A stretch of DNA of 64,000 bases from Phaeospirillum sp. (GCA_030824585.1 JAVBXM010000015.1:35380-99379), one strand, 5' to 3'. Shown: positions 1 through 11,655, numbered from the stretch's first letter. A program made the numbers and translations. Notes: generated by a model from the letters alone, not told the origin.

Positions 1-2
1 CC

Positions 3-188
3 CATCCGGCCAAGGCCCCCTCTCCCGCCGTCGCAACACCCGCCGCCCCGGCCCTGGCGCCGGTTCCCGCGGCCCAGCCGGCCGCCAAGCCGGACGGGCA
101 GGCCGCCGACGCGGCGGTCATGGAGCGGGTTCGCGATCTGGTCGCCTCCCAGCAGCAGCCGGACAATTCCTTCTGGACCATCCGCTGA
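3..188 (+). CDS. 3' end of an unidentified CDS (Ala/Pro-rich C-terminus ...VRDLVASQQQPDNSFWTIR*)
   Basis: Hand translation of frame 3 is open from the window edge to TGA at 186-188 and has GC-rich third positions. No recognisable domain. Confidence 0.3.
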   Translation, partial: HPAKAPSPAVATPAAPALAPVPAAQPAAKPDGQAADAAVMERVRDLVASQQQPDNSFWTIR

Positions 189-257
189 TCGCGGGCGGAA
201 TACCCGCCTCCCGGATCGGAAGGAGGCACGGCCGTCCCGGCCGCCGCCCATCTCCGC

Positions 258-2714
258 CTACAACGCGCCCCAGATTTCGCGGGCATACTCGGCCACCGTG
301 CGGTCGGACGAGAACTTGCCCATGCGCGCCACGTTGAGGATCGCCTTGCGGGTCCAGTCCTCGGGGTCGCGGTAGGTCTGGTCCACCCGCTCCTGCGCCG
401 CCATGTAGAGCGGGAAATCGGCCGACAGCAGGTAGTGGTCGCCGCCGGTGGTCAGGATGTCCACCAGTTGGTGGAAACGGTCGGGCTGGTCGGGCGAGAA
501 GAAGCCGCCGGCGATCATGTCCAGGGCCCAGGTCAGATCGGGATCGGCCTTGACCGCCGCCACGGAATCGTAGCCGTCCACCCGGCGGCGCGCCACTTCC
601 TGGGCCGACAGGCCGAAGAGGAACATGTTTTCCTCGCCCACCTCCTCGCAGATTTCCACGTTGGCGCCGTCCCAGGTGCCGATGGTCAGGGCGCCGTTCA
701 TGCTCATCTTCATATTGCCGGTGCCTGATGCCTCGGTCCCGGCGGTGGAGATCTGCTCGGACAAGTCGGCGGCCGGCATCACCAGTTCGGCGGTGGAAAC
801 ATTGTAGTTGGGCACGAAGACCAGCTTCAGCTTGCCGCCCACCAGGGGGTCGTTGTTGATCACCTCGGCCACGTCGTTGACCAGCTTGATGATCAGCTTG
901 GCGATGTGATAGCCGGGCGCCGCCTTGCCGCCGATGATCACGGTGCGCGGCACCGGATGCAGCAGCGGGTTGGAGCGGATGCGGCCATAGCGGGTGATGA
1001 CGTGCAGCACGTTGAGGAGCTGCCGCTTGTATTCGTGGATACGCTTGACCTGAACGTCGAACAGGGAATCCACGTCCACCTCGACGCCCAGGCGAAGCGA
1101 CAGCATGGAGGCCAACCGCTCCTTGTTGGCGCGCTTGACACCGGCGAAGGCCTTGCGGAAGGCGGGATCGTCGGCCAGGGGCTCCAGCTTGTGCAACTGG
1201 TCGAGATCGGTGATCCAGCCGTCGCCGATCCTGGCGGTGATCAGGGCGGACAGGGCGGGATTGGCGGCCAGCAGCCAGCGCCGGGGCGTCACGCCGTTGG
1301 TCTTGTTGGTGATCTTGCCCGGGCTGAGGTGTTCGAAATCCGAGAAGATGGTGCTTTTCATCAGGCCGGTGTGGATGGCGGCGACGCCGTTGACCTTATG
1401 GCTGCCGATCACCGCCAGATGGCCCATGCGCACCCGGCGCTCAGCCCCCTCGGCAATCAGCGAGACGCGGCGCAGCAGCTCGGAATCGCCGGGGTGGCGA
1501 TAGCGCACGCTTTGCAGGAATTCGTGGTTCAGCGCGAAGACGATCTCCAGGTGGCGGGGCAGAACCCGCTCGAACAGGTCGATGGACCAGGTCTCCAGCG
1601 CCTCGGGCAGCAAGGTGTGGTTGGTATAGGCGCAGCAGCCCCGCACCAGGTCCCAGGCCTTGGACCATTCGATGTGGTGTTCGTCCACCAGCACCCGCAT
1701 CAACTCGGCCACCACCAAGGCGGGGTGGGTGTCGTTGAGCTGGATCGCCACCTTCTCGGGCAGCAGGGTCCAGTCGGAATGGCTTTTGCGGAAGCGGGCC
1801 AGGATGTCCTGGATGGAGGCGGCGACGAAGAAATATTCCTGCTTGAAGCGCAGTTCCTTGCCCCGGTCGGTCATGTCCGAGGGATAGAGCACCTTGGACA
1901 GGGTCTCGGACTCGTTCTTGTCGCGCACCGCCTCGATGTAATTGCCGGCGTTGAAGTATTTCAGGTCGAACTCGCGGGTCGACTTGGCCGACCACAGGCG
2001 CAGGTTGTTGACCACCTTGCCGCCATAGCCGGGAACCGGCACGTCGAAGGCCATGGCCATCACTTCCTCGGCATCCACCCATTGCGAACGGGTATGGCCC
2101 AGCACGTCGCGGAAATGGATGACGCGGCCGCCGAAGCGGACCGGGAAGATGACGCCCGGCCGGGGGAATTCCCAGGGATTGCCGTAGCGCAGCCAGTTTT
2201 CCGGGCTTTCCACCTGCCAGCCGCTGTCCACGTGCTGGGTGAACATGCCGTAATCGTAGCGGATGCCGTAGCCGAAGCCCGGCACTCCGATGGTGGCCAT
2301 GGAATCCAGCAGGCAGGCGGCCAGGCGCCCCAGGCCGCCATTGCCCAGCGCCGCTTCCACCTCCCAGGCGGCCAGTTCGTCGAAATCCTGGCCCAGTTCG
2401 GCGATGGCCTGGCGCACCGTGTCGTAAAGCCCCAGATTGATCAGGCTGTTGACCAGGGTGCGGCCGATCAGGAACTCCATGGACAGGTAGTAGACCCGCT
2501 TGGAATCCTCGCGGTAATAGCGGTTCAGCGTCGGCATCCAGTGCTCGGTCACCCGGTCGCGCACCGTGTGGGCGGCGGCCATGAACCAGTCGCGCGCCGT
2601 GGCGTTCACCGGTTCCTTGCCGACCGTGTAGAGCAGATGGCTGCCGATGGCTTCCTTGATGCTTTCCACATCGTCGGCCAGCAGCCGCACCACCGGAGGC
2701 TTCGCCCTTTTCAT
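258..2714 (-). CDS. glgP: Glycogen/maltodextrin phosphorylase (GT35)
   Basis: 838-aa ORF with the PLP-lysine motif EASGTGNMK. The N-terminus VESIKEAIGSHLLYTVGKEP aligns with the E. coli GlgP N-terminus. ATG at 2714 (MKRAKPP) is preferred. In-frame upstream starts exist up to 2774. Confidence 0.93.
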   Translation of the reverse strand: MKRAKPPVVRLLADDVESIKEAIGSHLLYTVGKEPVNATARDWFMAAAHTVRDRVTEHWMPTLNRYYREDSKRVYYLSMEFLIGRTLVNSLINLGLYDTVRQAIAELGQDFDELAAWEVEAALGNGGLGRLAACLLDSMATIGVPGFGYGIRYDYGMFTQHVDSGWQVESPENWLRYGNPWEFPRPGVIFPVRFGGRVIHFRDVLGHTRSQWVDAEEVMAMAFDVPVPGYGGKVVNNLRLWSAKSTREFDLKYFNAGNYIEAVRDKNESETLSKVLYPSDMTDRGKELRFKQEYFFVAASIQDILARFRKSHSDWTLLPEKVAIQLNDTHPALVVAELMRVLVDEHHIEWSKAWDLVRGCCAYTNHTLLPEALETWSIDLFERVLPRHLEIVFALNHEFLQSVRYRHPGDSELLRRVSLIAEGAERRVRMGHLAVIGSHKVNGVAAIHTGLMKSTIFSDFEHLSPGKITNKTNGVTPRRWLLAANPALSALITARIGDGWITDLDQLHKLEPLADDPAFRKAFAGVKRANKERLASMLSLRLGVEVDVDSLFDVQVKRIHEYKRQLLNVLHVITRYGRIRSNPLLHPVPRTVIIGGKAAPGYHIAKLIIKLVNDVAEVINNDPLVGGKLKLVFVPNYNVSTAELVMPAADLSEQISTAGTEASGTGNMKMSMNGALTIGTWDGANVEICEEVGEENMFLFGLSAQEVARRRVDGYDSVAAVKADPDLTWALDMIAGGFFSPDQPDRFHQLVDILTTGGDHYLLSADFPLYMAAQERVDQTYRDPEDWTRKAILNVARMGKFSSDRTVAEYAREIWGAL

Positions 2715-2808
2715 ACCGGTCTTCCCGCCTGTTCCATCCATCGTCATTCCGCCACGAAACCGAAGCGCGGGCAAGGCCGGTCATACCGGTGAGGGGTCAT
2801 TACTCTAT

Positions 2809-2872
2809 GAAATTCGGGTTAAGGCCGGGGAAATTCGGGTTAAGGCCGGGAGAATTCAGGCCCAAGCCTGGG
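2809..2872. repeat. Tandem 21-bp direct repeat (2 perfect units GAAATTCGGGTTAAGGCCGGG plus a degenerate third) in the glgP / DUF2798 divergent intergenic region
   Basis: Units at 2809-2829 and 2830-2850 are identical. 2851-2872 (AGAATTCAGGCCCAAGCCTGGG) is a diverged copy. Confidence 0.85.
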
Positions 2873-2987
2873 ATTTTCGGTCTCCGACAGTCCGATTGAC
2901 GCCGCCGACAGCCGCCGAATAAGCTGCGCCCCATTGATCTGTTCAGCCGGCCGGACCGAAACCGGTGTCGGGCTTGTGGAGCAAGGA

Positions 2988-3224
2988 ATGCGGCTCAGAA
3001 AACTTCCCAAGCGCTATACCGGACTGGTTCAGCCGCTGATTCTCACCATGCTGATGACCTGTGTGGTTTCGGCCATCAGCGTCCTGCGCTCGCGCGGGTT
3101 CGACGCCGGCTTCGTCGACATCTGGCCCACCGCCTGGCTCATATCCTGGGCGGCCGCCTATCCGGTTCTCCTGATGGTCCTGCCGCTGGTCCGCCGTATC
3201 GTGGCGGCGACGGTGGAAAGCTGA
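2988..3224 (+). CDS. DUF2798-family small membrane protein
   Basis: MRLRKLPKRYTGLVQPLILTMLMTCVVSAISV...WPTAWLISWAAAYPVLLMVLPLVRRIV has the two-TM DUF2798 pattern. ATG at 2988 is preferred over the 2934 start in the ORF track. Confidence 0.6.
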   Translation: MRLRKLPKRYTGLVQPLILTMLMTCVVSAISVLRSRGFDAGFVDIWPTAWLISWAAAYPVLLMVLPLVRRIVAATVES

Positions 3225-3244
3225 AGGGCCGGCGGCCCCGTCCC

Positions 3245-3562
3245 TCAGCCTGGAACCCAGACCCCGTCGGCCTTGATCGCCGCGTACATGGCATCCGGCG
3301 CCAGATCGAGCTCCCCTGGCCACGTCACCACACCATGGAGCAGATCCACCTGGCCGAACAAAGCCGGGGCGGACAGCGCCGCGAATACTCCGGCATCGGC
3401 CGAATGGATCAGTCGGGACAGATGGACCTCTCCAGCCGTTCCATCTTGGAATTCGACCCACAGCCGGTAGCCGGCAAGCGCCTGCACCCGCCGGACCCGC
3501 CAAGCCGACCGTGGCGTCAGGGAAGTGGTGCGATCTTGCGCGGGGATTGATTGCGGGAACAT
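3245..3562 (-). CDS. DUF2442-domain small protein
   Basis: This is the C-terminal 105 codons of the 3245..4483 ORF. VRRVQALAGYRLWVEFQDGTAGEVHLS...VTWPGELDLAPDAMY is the typical DUF2442 pattern. The ATG at 3562 overlaps the upstream gene by 46 nt. An alternative GTG start lies at 3487. Confidence 0.6.
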   Translation of the reverse strand: MFPQSIPAQDRTTSLTPRSAWRVRRVQALAGYRLWVEFQDGTAGEVHLSRLIHSADAGVFAALSAPALFGQVDLLHGVVTWPGELDLAPDAMYAAIKADGVWVPG

Positions 3563-3738
3563 AGCTCCCAATCCTCCATCAGTTCGGCGCGATGCTCCTG
3601 CGCCCATTCCAAAACCAGGGCCATGGCCCGGCGCGGCAATTGCCCTTCCAATATCTCCAGGCTCCGAATGTCGATCAACACCTCGTCCTCGCCGTAAAGG
3701 GCATGGAAATGCGGTGGGGCATGATCGTGCCAGAACAT
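3517..3738 (-). CDS. DUF4160-domain small protein
   Basis: MFWHDHAPPHFHALYGEDEVLIDIRSLEILEG is the hallmark DUF4160 N-terminus (PPHFH). The gene sits immediately upstream of the DUF2442 gene, which is the usual pairing. Confidence 0.7.
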   Translation of the reverse strand: MFWHDHAPPHFHALYGEDEVLIDIRSLEILEGQLPRRAMALVLEWAQEHRAELMEDWELCSRNQSPRKIAPLP

Positions 3739-3783
3739 CTGGATCAGAATGCCATAAAATGCCGACTAAGGTGGGCATCGACG

Positions 3784-5972
3784 TCACCTCCCCCCGGACT
3801 TCAGCCCCTCCGCCGTCGCCACCATTCTCGCGTCGGCCAGAATGGCGGCGGTGTCGGCCTTGTAGCGCAGGCGCCAGTTGGGGTGCTGGGTGGTGGTGCC
3901 GGGCAGGTTCATCTGCACTTCCTGGCCCAGGACATCCTCCATCTGCACCATCGTCAGCCGCGAGGCCGAACGTCCCAGATAGGCGTGGGCCGCCGCCGCC
4001 AGGGCCACCGCCTGGGCATCGGCCAGCGTCGGGGTAACCGGGAAGTCGGCGGACAGCAGCCCTTGGCCCGCCAGGGCGGCTACCATGGCGACGCGATCGG
4101 CGGCCCGCGCCGCCCGCTCCTCCGCCGCCTGCCCCTGGCGGGGATAGAGGTCGAGCTTTTCCCGCCGGTCGATATCCTTGGCCGCCCACCAGCCGCGCAG
4201 GGACGGCAGATCGTGGGTGGCGGCGATGGCCAGGGCCTTGGCGTCGAACTGATCGGGAGCACGGATGGCGCCGTCCCTGGTCTTTTCGAACACCATCACC
4301 CGGTAGGCGAAGATGCCCATGCGGTCCATGCGCTCGCGGAAACCGTCGGGCACGGTGCCCAGATCCTCGCCGATCACCAGGCAACGGTTGCGCTGGCTTT
4401 CCAGCGCCACCAGCCGGAACAGGTCCTCGGCCGGATAGCGCACATAGGCGCCCTGGTCGGCGGGCTGGCCCGGCGGCACCCAATAGAGCCGGGCCAGGCT
4501 CATGGCATGGTCCAGGCGCAGCGCCCCGGCATGGCGCATGTTGGCGGCCATCACCTCGATGAAGGGGGCGTAGAAGTGCTCACGCAGGGTGATGGGATTG
4601 AACGGCACCAGCCCCCAATCCTGGCCCTTGAGCGCCAGCGGGTCGGGCGGCGCCCCCACCGAGACGCCCAGCGCCAGGGACTCCTGCTGGGCCCAGGCCT
4701 CGGCCCCGTCACCGGCGATGCCCACCGCCAGGTCGCGGTAGAGGCCGATGGCCGCCCCCGCCGCCTTGCCGCGGGCCTGCGCCTCGGCCAATTGCTGGTC
4801 GGCGATGAACTGGAGCCATTGGTAGAACTCCACCTGCTCCACGTGCTCGAGGACGAAATCGGCCACGGCCGGGGAATCCGGGCGGCGGTATTCCTTGGGC
4901 CACTGGCGCCAATAGGCCTTGCCGTCGCGCGAGAACCTGTCGTGCAGCGCCTCGAACACCGAGAAGCGCCGCCCGGCCTCGCCCATCTCGGCCTGGAAGG
5001 CGCGGAACGCCTGGCCGCGCGGATCGTCGTCGCCCATGCGGGTCCGGCGAAACCAGCGGTTCAGCACCTCCAGCATGGGCCGGGCCAGACGCATGACGTC
5101 GGGGTACTCGATCTGCGAATAGCCGCGTAGCCGCGCCACGGTGGCCTGATAGCCGGGCGAGGCGAACATGCGCTTGGCTTCCAGGCATTCCCTGAACTCG
5201 GGGATGGCCTCGATGTCGATATAGGCGATGTTGAGGAAACGCCGCGACGACGGCGAATAGGGGCTGAACCGCTCGGGGTCGGCGGGAAACAGGGCGTGCA
5301 GCGGGTTAATGCCGACGCAGGCGGCCCCCAGCCGGGCGGCGCCTTCGGCCAGATCGGCCAGATTGCCGTAGGTGCCGACGCCCCAGTCGCGCTCCGAGCG
5401 CAGGGAATAGATCTGGGTGGCGATTCCCCAGGCTCCGGCCCCCCGCTCGACGATCTCCGGCACGAAGGCCCTGGGCGGGGTGACGATCAGCGCCATCTCG
5501 GCCAGGACGGCACCCCCGGGGCCCGACAGGATCAGCCGGTGATAGCCGCAAGGGGGAAGCGCGGGCAGGTCCAGCCAGCGGCGATGGATCAACCCACCCT
5601 CAAGCTGATATTCCTCGCCCCAGCGCAGCTCGAAGGGACGGAAGCTGCCGGTGTGGCGGATGCCCAGTTCCTCCTCCAGCACCCAGACATGCTCGGCCTC
5701 GTCGGCCTCGGCCGGCAGGGTGATGGCGATGGAGGGCGGCGCCCCGTGCTCGTCGGCCATCAGCACCGGCTCCAGCGCCCGGCGCCACGGCCGGCTTTCC
5801 AGGTCCCTGAGGCTGGCCCGCACCTGGTCGTCGCTGTCGGCCGGCAGGCCCATGGCGGCCAGGAAGACCCGCTTGGTCTCGGGCGGCACCACCCGCCACT
5901 CGCCGAAGAAGTCCCACCAGCCGTCCTCGATTCCCGCCAGGCGCGCCAAACGGTCCAGCGCGTCGCTTCCAC

Positions 5973-5976
<4 letters not shown>
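3784..5976 (-). CDS. malQ: 4-alpha-glucanotransferase (amylomaltase, GH77, long form)
   Basis: 730 aa with GH77 motifs (RLDHAMSL, GEDLGTVP). The start overlaps the glgX stop (ATGA at 5973-5976). Confidence 0.9.
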
Positions 5977-8138
<2,162 letters not shown>

Positions 8139-8447
8139 TCAGTCCTCGCCCGTCATGACGTCGCTGGCACCGTGGCGAATGTGGAGGACATGCACGGTGC
8201 GGCGGCCTTCGTCGATATCATAGATGATCCGGTAAACGCGTGGTCGACGGCCGTAGAGCAATTGTCGCAAGCTGGCATCCTCCGGCACCGGCAACCCTCT
8301 CCCGGGATGATGGGCAAGAGTGGCAACCTTCGCCTCAAGCCCGTTGAACCATCGCGCCGCCGCCGGAACATGCCGCGCGGCGATGGCTCCGTAGAGGTGG
8401 CGGAGATCACGGATAGCCCGCCCCGTCACCTCAACGCGGAATATCAT
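8139..8447 (-). CDS. Type II toxin, RelE/ParE family
   Basis: 102 aa, MIFRVEVTGRAIRDLRHL...RIIYDIDEGRRTVHVLHIRHG, a typical ParE/RelE fold signature. The stop TGA at 8139-8141 directly abuts the glgX ATG at 8136-8138. Confidence 0.8.
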   Translation of the reverse strand: MIFRVEVTGRAIRDLRHLYGAIAARHVPAAARWFNGLEAKVATLAHHPGRGLPVPEDASLRQLLYGRRPRVYRIIYDIDEGRRTVHVLHIRHGASDVMTGED

Positions 8448-8718
8448 GCTCGGCCCGCAGCATGGCGAAGGCCTCCACCGCCGACACGGTCCGGCCGCTC
8501 GCCACGTCGTCGCGGCCCTGGCGAATCCCTTCGCCAACATTGGCGGAAGCGGCGATGTCGAGCAGGCGCTGATACGCCTCGGCATCTTGCAATACCGCCG
8601 CCGCCTTGCCGTTGACCGTCAGGATCAGGGGACGGCCGGTCTCGCGGATATGGTTCAGGAACTCGACCGAGTGATTGCGGAAGGTCGTCACCGGCTGGAT
8701 GTCCTTGACGATGTCCAT
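8431..8718 (-). CDS. Type II antitoxin, Phd/YefM family
   Basis: 95 aa, MDIVKDIQPVTTFRNHSVEFLNHIRETGRPLILTVNGKAAAVLQDAEAYQRL, the canonical Phd/YefM N-terminal domain. It overlaps the toxin start by 17 nt. Confidence 0.85.
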   Translation of the reverse strand: MDIVKDIQPVTTFRNHSVEFLNHIRETGRPLILTVNGKAAAVLQDAEAYQRLLDIAASANVGEGIRQGRDDVASGRTVSAVEAFAMLRAEHDIPR

Positions 8719-8785
8719 GGCAGCAGTTCCATTGAATGACGTTACCTTTAAAGGTATGGCATCGCCTCAGTCAGGTAAAGCTCCC

Positions 8786-10978
8786 TCACCGCTCCCGCTT
8801 GAACACGCAGGTGGCCAGCGGCGGCAGGCGCAGGCGGATGGACCAGCCGTGGCCGTGCCAGGGCACCTCCTCGGCCTGGGCGCCGCCCGAATTGTGGATG
8901 TTGGAGCCGCCATACCATTCGGAATCGGTATTGAGCAGTTCGCGGTACCAGCCGGGCTCGGGCACGCCGACCCGGTAGGAGTCGCGCACCATGGGAGTGT
9001 AGTTGCCGGCCACCACCAGGAAGTCGCTCGCGTCGAAGCCCTTGCGCAGCCAGGTCAGCACCGAGTTGTCGCGGTCGTTGCAGTCGATCCAGGCGAAGCC
9101 GGCCTGCTCGTTGTCCAACTGGTGGAGCGCCGGCTCGGTGCGGTAGAGGCGGTTCAAGTCGCGGATCAGGCGCCGCACGCCGTCGTGCCGCCCGTCCTCC
9201 AGCAGGTGCCAGTCCAGGCTGGCATCCTCGTTCCATTCGCGCTCCTGGGCGAATTCGGAGCCCATGAACAGCAGCTTCTTGCCCGGCTGGGTCCACATGA
9301 AGCCGTAATAGGCCCTCAAGTTGGCATAGCGCTGCCAGGGATCGCCCGGCATGCGGCCGAAGATGGAGCCCTTGCCGTGCACCACCTCGTCATGGGAAAG
9401 CGGCAGCACGAAGTTCTCGTGATAGGCATAGAGCTGGGCGAAGGTCAGGCTGTCGTGGTGATAGCGGCGGTGGATGGGGTCCTTGCTGAAATAGCGCAGC
9501 GTGTCGTGCATCCAGCCCATGTTCCACTTGAACCCGAAGCCCAGCCCGCCCAGGTGGACGGGCCGCGACACCATGGGCCAGGCGGTGGATTCCTCGGCGA
9601 CGGTCATGGCGCCGGGATGCTCGGCATAGACCACCTGGTTCATGCGGCGCAGGAACTCGATGGCTTCCAGGTTCTCGTTGCCGCCGTGGCGGTTGGGAAC
9701 CCACTCACCCGGCTCGCGCGAGTAGTTCAGGTACAGCATGGAGGCCACAGCATCCACCCGCAGGCCGTCCACGTGGTACTGCTCCAGCCAGTACAGGGCG
9801 TTGGCGTAGAGGTAGTTGACCACCTCGGTGCGGCCGTAATTGTAGATCTGGGTATTCCAGTCCTTGTGCACGCCGAGCCGCGGATCCTCGTGCTCGTAGA
9901 GATGGGTGCCGTCGAAATAGTGCAGGCCGTGCGGGTCGTTGGGAAAGTGCCCGGCCACCCAGTCGACGATCACCCCGATGCCCCTCTGATGCAGCCGCTC
10001 CACCAGGGTGCGGAACTCGTCGGGCGTGCCGTAGCGCGAAGTGGGCGCGAACAGCCCCACCGGCTGATAGCCCCACGAACCGCCGAACGGATGCTCGTGC
10101 ACCGGCAGGAACTCCACATGGGTGAAGCCCAGATCGGCCACGTAATCGCCCAATTGGTCGGCCAGTTCCAGATAGGAGAGCGAGCGGTTCCAATCTTCCG
10201 GCACGCGCTTCCACGACCCCAGATGGACCTCGTAGATGCTGACCGGGGCGTGGCGGTCGTTGCGCGAGCCTTGCGCCGCCATCCACTCGCCGTCCTGCCA
10301 GTCGCGGCGACCCAGCTCCCACACCACCGAGGCGGTGCGCGGCGGAACCTCGGCGAAATGGCCGTAGGGATCGGCCTTGAGCGGCAGCAGCCGTCCATCG
10401 GCGGCGGCGATCTCGTACTTGTAGAAGCACCCCTGCCCCAGCCCGGGGATGAAGATCTCCCATACCCCGGCCTGATGGCGCAGGCGCATGGGATGGCGCC
10501 GTCCGTCCCAGCCGTTGAAATCCCCCACCACCGAGACGCGGCTGGCGTTGGGCGCCCAGACGGCGAAATCCACGCCGGCCACCCCGTCCACGCTACTGAC
10601 CTGGGCGCCCAGCTTCTCGAAGGTGCGCAGATGGGTACCCTCGCTCAGCAGGTGCACATCCAGGTCGCCCAGCACCGGCGGAAAACGGTAGGGATCGTCC
10701 AGGTCCTCCACGCCGCCGTCGTGGTGCCGAATCCGCAGCCGATAAGCCGGGCTGCCGCTCAGGCGGGCCGCGAACAATCCATCGGGATGAACCCGCTGCA
10801 TGGCAGTCTCGCCCCCCGCCGCCAGGACCGAAACGTCCCGGGCCTGGGGCTGGAAGGTACGGATCACCGTGCCGCCCTTGACCCGATGGGGCCCCAGCAC
10901 GGCGAAGGGGTCGCCGTGGCGTCCCTGGGCGATGGCGTCGGCATCGCTGGACCGGATCAGTCTTGCCGCTTCGGGCAT
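8786..10978 (-). CDS. glgB: 1,4-alpha-glucan branching enzyme (GH13)
   Basis: Motifs [18 protein letters not shown] and GFKWNMGWM. The ATG at 10978 is preceded by GGAGGGGG. The ORF-track start at 11035 is less likely. Confidence 0.93.
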   Translation of the reverse strand: MPEAARLIRSSDADAIAQGRHGDPFAVLGPHRVKGGTVIRTFQPQARDVSVLAAGGETAMQRVHPDGLFAARLSGSPAYRLRIRHHDGGVEDLDDPYRFPPVLGDLDVHLLSEGTHLRTFEKLGAQVSSVDGVAGVDFAVWAPNASRVSVVGDFNGWDGRRHPMRLRHQAGVWEIFIPGLGQGCFYKYEIAAADGRLLPLKADPYGHFAEVPPRTASVVWELGRRDWQDGEWMAAQGSRNDRHAPVSIYEVHLGSWKRVPEDWNRSLSYLELADQLGDYVADLGFTHVEFLPVHEHPFGGSWGYQPVGLFAPTSRYGTPDEFRTLVERLHQRGIGVIVDWVAGHFPNDPHGLHYFDGTHLYEHEDPRLGVHKDWNTQIYNYGRTEVVNYLYANALYWLEQYHVDGLRVDAVASMLYLNYSREPGEWVPNRHGGNENLEAIEFLRRMNQVVYAEHPGAMTVAEESTAWPMVSRPVHLGGLGFGFKWNMGWMHDTLRYFSKDPIHRRYHHDSLTFAQLYAYHENFVLPLSHDEVVHGKGSIFGRMPGDPWQRYANLRAYYGFMWTQPGKKLLFMGSEFAQEREWNEDASLDWHLLEDGRHDGVRRLIRDLNRLYRTEPALHQLDNEQAGFAWIDCNDRDNSVLTWLRKGFDASDFLVVAGNYTPMVRDSYRVGVPEPGWYRELLNTDSEWYGGSNIHNSGGAQAEEVPWHGHGWSIRLRLPPLATCVFKRER

Positions 10979-11198
10979 GAGCCCCCTCCTGCCTGTCGAG
11001 ACGACAAGTGTCACCGCCTTTGGCCGGAAAGACAAAGGGCGATTTCAGGGGGCACGTTTTCCCTGTCCAGTTTTTAAATAGTCTGATTGGAGCTTTCGCA
11101 AAGCCCCTAAATCTGGTAGTACTTTCCGTTGAGGGGATCGGCTCGATCAGGGCCGATAAGACAATTCGTGCGGCCCGAGGGGGCCGTCACCGCAAATC

Positions 11199-11438
11199 AT
11201 GGAGCGTGTTATGGGCGTCCTTCCGAAGGTTCTGGGTCTCACCGTGGCCGGCGTGCTGGTCATCGCTCTGTATCTGGCCGTTCCCGTGCTCGGCGCCTTG
11301 TTCGGCGGCGTCGCCGATCCCAGCCCGGCTCACAGCCCGCTGGGCTTCTCGGTCTATCTGGGCCTGCTGCTGACCGCCGTCTTCACCAGCCTGGTGATGT
11401 ATCTGGCTTCGACCGGCGGCGGCTCCTCGCAGAGCTAA
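11199..11438 (+). CDS. Small hypothetical membrane protein (2 predicted TM helices)
   Basis: 79-aa ORF with GC-rich third positions and two hydrophobic stretches. A strong terminator follows it. No family recognised. Confidence 0.45.
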   Translation: MERVMGVLPKVLGLTVAGVLVIALYLAVPVLGALFGGVADPSPAHSPLGFSVYLGLLLTAVFTSLVMYLASTGGGSSQS

Positions 11439-11463
11439 GCCTGTCCGATACGGATTTGAGAAG

Positions 11464-11496
11464 CGCCCCGGCCTTGCGGCCGGGGCGTTTTCGTTT
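11464..11496 (+). terminator. Rho-independent terminator
   Basis: Perfect 10-bp stem CGCCCCGGCC/GGCCGGGGCG with a TTGC loop, followed by TTTTCGTTT. Confidence 0.8.
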
Positions 11497-11567
11497 GGTG
11501 GCAGCCAAGCGACATTCAGGGAATTGGGCTGATTTCGGGGTGAAGCACCTTCCGGGAAAAGAGCTCA

Positions 11568-11655
11568 GACACAGATGAACACAGATAAACACAGATGAAT
11601 TGAGAAAATCCCTTATCTGTGTCCCGCGCAGCGGGAATCTGTGTTCATCTGTGTC
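11568..11655. repeat. Nested inverted-repeat element built from CACAGAT(G/A)AA units
   Basis: Outer 19-bp perfect inverted repeat GACACAGATGAACACAGAT (11568-11586) / ATCTGTGTTCATCTGTGTC (11637-11655). An inner ACACAGAT / ATCTGTGT pair and a CCCGC-GCA-GCGGG mini-hairpin lie between the arms. Confidence 0.85.

Noticed and set aside
906-2792. Long antisense or off-frame ORFs throughout the window. Examples are 906-2792 (+), 6087-8615 (+), 8675-11077 (+), 38484-41498 (-), 42626-46450 (-) and 43933-45213 (+).
   Set aside because: They lie opposite to, or out of frame with, genes that have clear conserved motifs. Their translations are Arg/Gly/Pro/Ala-rich low-complexity strings with no domains. 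Stop-free alternative frames are expected at about 65% G+C.
3245-4483. 412-aa ORF on the minus strand, overlapping malQ out of frame.
   Set aside because: Only the last 105 codons (the DUF2442 domain) look like real protein. The upstream 300 codons are Gly/Arg/Pro-rich and lie out of frame within malQ.
11129-11578. 149-aa ORF overlapping the small membrane-protein gene and the terminator.
   Set aside because: It is Arg-rich, runs through a canonical terminator hairpin and has no domain. The 79-aa two-TM ORF in the other frame is the better, though still tentative, call.
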